From Chloroflexota bacterium (GTDB lineage Bacteria > Chloroflexota > Anaerolineae > Anaerolineales > UBA11579), in NCBI GenBank assembly GCA_009391835.1, contig QWJF01000003.1, positions 16,205-80,204 on the forward strand: 64,000 bases of DNA, in the 5' to 3' direction. Under the pieces are notes generated by a model. That model did not search any database. It was not told the DNA's origin and saw only the letters and a program-made list of their open reading frames with translations. A program made the position numbers and the translations under genes. This document shows, one piece after another, positions 61,600 through 64,000 of this stretch. Every line of letters starts with the position of its first letter. Positions within the stretch are counted from its first letter, which is position 1.

Positions 61600-61729
61600 G
61601 GCAGCGGGTGATTGTAGCTTGTATGCTGAACTCGGTCAAGAGGCAGTGAGGTATGGCAACTGCCCCCTGGTAGTTGGATTTTATCCCTGAAACGCCCCTA
61701 CCCAAGTTGCCGATGAGGAGAGAGAACTT

Positions 61730-62584
61730 ATGTCTGAAGTTGCCTTTATCACCGACAGCACCACCAACATTCCTAAAGAATTGTTGGGAAAAACAAAACT
61801 GCATGTTGTGCCCTCCGTAGTAATTTGGGGGAATGAGGAGTTGCGCGATGGTGTGGATATTCAGCCCGGCGAATTCTACAAGCGTCTTTCCACGGCTGCA
61901 GAAATGCCCACCACTTCCCAACCCACGCCGAACGACTTCAAAGCCAAGTACGAAGAATTAATCGCCAATGGACAAAAAGATATCGTAGTTATGACGGTTT
62001 CCGCCAAGCTTTCTGGAACGTTAAGCTCTGCAGAGCAGGCCAGGGAAATGAGCAAGGGGGGCAATATTGAAGTGATCGACGGTTATTCTGCATCGCTTGG
62101 CACGGGCTGGCCGCTGCTTCAAGGCATCAAAGCCGCGGAAAATGGTAAATCGTTCAAAGAGGTAGTCAACGCCATCAAAAATGCGCGCGATAAATCAGGC
62201 GTGTTGCTTATGGTCGACACGCTTGAATTTCTGCATCGCGGTGGACGCATTGGCGGCGCTTCGCGTTTCCTGGGCACAGCCTTGAGCCTAAAGCCGATCC
62301 TGGAATTACAAGACGGTCGGCTCGAAGCGCTGGAACGCGTACGCACCAAAAGCAAGGCTATTGCGCGCTTAATTGACTTGATCGAAGAACGCACGGCGGG
62401 CCAGAAACCCCTACGCGTGGCCTCACTGCACGCAAACGCCGAAGCGGATGCCCAAGCGATCCTGGACGAAGTTAAAAAGCGGATGAACCCCATTCAGGCG
62501 GTGTTAACTGAGGTTAGCCCGGCAGTGGGAACGCACACGGGACCGGGCACCTTGGGCCTGTGTTATCTAGCTGGAATAGACTAA
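61730..62584 (+). CDS. DegV family fatty-acid-binding protein (second FakB-like paralogue)
   Basis: 284 aa. It has VAFITDSTTNIPKEL, TSQPTP and LHRGGRIGGA blocks typical of DegV. GAGGAG lies upstream. Confidence 0.88.
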   Translation: MSEVAFITDSTTNIPKELLGKTKLHVVPSVVIWGNEELRDGVDIQPGEFYKRLSTAAEMPTTSQPTPNDFKAKYEELIANGQKDIVVMTVSAKLSGTLSSAEQAREMSKGGNIEVIDGYSASLGTGWPLLQGIKAAENGKSFKEVVNAIKNARDKSGVLLMVDTLEFLHRGGRIGGASRFLGTALSLKPILELQDGRLEALERVRTKSKAIARLIDLIEERTAGQKPLRVASLHANAEADAQAILDEVKKRMNPIQAVLTEVSPAVGTHTGPGTLGLCYLAGID

Positions 62585-62586
62585 TG

Positions 62587-62616
62587 AAAAAAGCCCCGCA
62601 AATGCGGGGCTTTTTT
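62587..62616. terminator. bidirectional rho-independent terminator
   Basis: AAAAAA, GCCCCGC, loop AAAT, GCGGGGC, TTTTTT. It lies between the degV stop (62584) and the convergent phosphorylase stop (62616). Confidence 0.9.
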
Positions 62617-63920
62617 CATTTCACAATGCCGTAAAAGAGCGGAAGCGGCTCCACCGGACTATCGCTCCAGGTGTGAGCTGAGAGCAAATGCTCTCTGGCC
62701 TGTTCCAGTTTGGCGCGATCGTTGGCGTGAATCGTGAAAAGGGGTTGGCCTTCCTCTAATTTATCTCCCACGTTGTGGTGCACAATTACCCCAACAGCTA
62801 AATCAATCTCGTCTCCCTTCTTCTCGCGGCCCGCACCCAGTGCTACCGAAGTTTCGCCGACAATTTTTGCGTTTATCTCCCTAAGATAACCGGATTGCGG
62901 GGCAGGTACTTCTTCTACAATGCCGGCCTTTGGCAATTTCTCAGGATCATCCACATAGGCGAGATCACCACCCTGAGCCTCAACAAGCTGGCGAAAGCGT
63001 TCTAGCGCGCGGCCACTCTCCAGCGCCTCAGTTGCCAACTCGCGGGCTTTCTTTTCGTCTGGGGCTGCCTCACCCAATAAAACCAGCTGGCTGGCAACTT
63101 CCAGCGCATGTTCGCGAAAATCCGCTGGGCCGCCACCGTTTAGCGTTTCAATGGCTTCCTTCACCTCGAGGGCATTTCCAACCGCCTGGCCCAAAGGTTG
63201 GTTCATATCCGAAAGCAAGGCAACCGCCTGTCGATCCGCTAATTTTGCAATGTTCACCATGCTTTCGGCCAGTGCGCGGGCTGATTCAAGATCTGGCATA
63301 AAAGCGCCTAGCCCCAGCTTAACGTCCAACACAATGCGCTGAGCGCCAGCAGCAATCTTCTTGCTCATAATCGACGAAGCAATCAAGGGCAAGGAAGGAA
63401 CTGTTCCTGTCACGTCGCGTAGCGCATAGAGCTTGCCATCCGCCGGCGCCAGGTCGCCCGTTTGCCCAGTGAGTACGACGCCAATCGTCTTAAGCTGCTT
63501 GAGAAATTCTTCCTTGGTGAGATCGGTGCGGTAGCCGGGGATCGACTCCATTTTATCCAAAGTCCCACCGCTGAAGCCCAATCCGCGGCCAGACATTTTC
63601 CCTACGGGCAGTCCGCAGGCGGCAACGATGGGCTCGACCACAAGCGTGGTCTTATCCCCCACTCCGCCGGTTGAGTGCTTGTCCAGCACGATATCCACCA
63701 CCCCGGATAAATCGAGGGCATCCCCGGAGTGCGCCATCGCAAGAGTGAGGTCTGCGGTTTCCTGAGACGTCATTCCGTTGAGCACGATCGCCATTGCCCA
63801 GGCGGCTGCCTGATAATCCGGAATGCTGCCATCAGTATAGCCCCGAACAAAGAATTCAATTTCATCTTTGCTCAAAGCTACACGGTCCCGCTTTTTTTCG
63901 ATAATATCTACTGCACGCAT
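62616..63920 (-). CDS. pdp: pyrimidine-nucleoside (thymidine) phosphorylase
   Basis: 434 aa. It has MRAVDIIEKKRD, DKHSTGGVGDKTTL, GRGLGFSGGTLDK and a C-terminal alpha/beta domain. Confidence 0.93.
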   Translation of the reverse strand: MRAVDIIEKKRDRVALSKDEIEFFVRGYTDGSIPDYQAAAWAMAIVLNGMTSQETADLTLAMAHSGDALDLSGVVDIVLDKHSTGGVGDKTTLVVEPIVAACGLPVGKMSGRGLGFSGGTLDKMESIPGYRTDLTKEEFLKQLKTIGVVLTGQTGDLAPADGKLYALRDVTGTVPSLPLIASSIMSKKIAAGAQRIVLDVKLGLGAFMPDLESARALAESMVNIAKLADRQAVALLSDMNQPLGQAVGNALEVKEAIETLNGGGPADFREHALEVASQLVLLGEAAPDEKKARELATEALESGRALERFRQLVEAQGGDLAYVDDPEKLPKAGIVEEVPAPQSGYLREINAKIVGETSVALGAGREKKGDEIDLAVGVIVHHNVGDKLEEGQPLFTIHANDRAKLEQAREHLLSAHTWSDSPVEPLPLFYGIVK

Positions 63921-64000
63921 AAATCACTGCCTGGATTGTGGGGCTGAAATTATAATATAGCCCCACGCTGGCCCGGATCGGTTCCACTCAAACGTAACCG

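Noticed and set aside
61526-61921. The 5' extension of the rpsP ORF in the track (372 aa, start at 61921).
   Set aside because: The canonical S16 N-terminus MVRIRLRRMGG begins at 61525 and has a GAGGAG SD. The extension has no S16 similarity, crosses the divergent promoter region, and overlaps the degV start on the other strand.
63938-63966. A hairpin GTGGGGCT-13 nt-AGCCCCAC upstream of the phosphorylase gene as a possible small RNA or tRNA fragment.
   Set aside because: It is a single 8-bp stem with an AT-rich loop containing TATAAT on both strands. It has no cloverleaf potential and is too close to the window edge to judge. It is more likely part of a promoter region.

Overview
This is a densely coding bacterial chromosomal window with about 52 protein genes. 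It looks moderately GC-rich by eye. I recognised no rRNA, tRNA, CRISPR array, transposase or integrase.

Lineage (inference only): probably Chloroflexota, Anaerolineae-like. The evidence is:
- YYY-motif DUF2298-type membrane proteins.
- A mevalonate kinase plus isopentenyl-phosphate kinase pair.
- A long beta-prime subunit carrying a large insertion.
- Firmicute-like kinase-rpe-asp23-DAK2-DegV-recG synteny.

Left part (1-19 kb):
- Plus strand: the 3' end of a Ser/Thr kinase, rpe, Asp23, a FakA/FakB-like pair, recG and coaD.
- Minus strand: folC, a lipoprotein and an SDR.
- Plus strand again: a phnD-phnC-phnE-type ABC transporter with a heavily elaborated 717-aa permease, an HD hydrolase, a roughly 680-aa SH3-like/TIM-barrel-like/NTF2-like protein, and a CE4 deacetylase.

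Middle part (19-47 kb, entirely minus strand):
- rpoC stands alone behind a textbook sigma-70-type promoter. No rpoB lies upstream.
- Above it runs a 23-kb train of 13 tightly packed genes, from lepA to a histidine kinase.

Main candidate for an undescribed system: the core of that train (28.4-44.9 kb). It encodes a flippase-like UPF0104 protein, an NDP-sugar epimerase, a GT4, two SAM methyltransferases and four consecutive giant polytopic GT-C/YYY-type membrane proteins of 719, 1734, 813 and 585 aa. The 1734-aa protein fuses a PMT/ArnT-like module to a YYY module. I read this as an envelope glycoconjugate assembly system of unknown product.

Right part (47-64 kb): a 7TM-PAS-GGDEF cyclase, a DDN-family protein, tlyA, a decaprenyl-phosphate phosphoribosyltransferase-like UbiA enzyme next to mvk and IPK, dgt, greA, an orphan two-TM protein, topA with an N-terminal zinc ribbon, manC, dprA, the rimM-KH-rpsP operon (S16 has a repetitive acidic tail), a second DegV, and pyrimidine-nucleoside phosphorylase.

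All family assignments come from reading motifs in the supplied translations. No database search was run.
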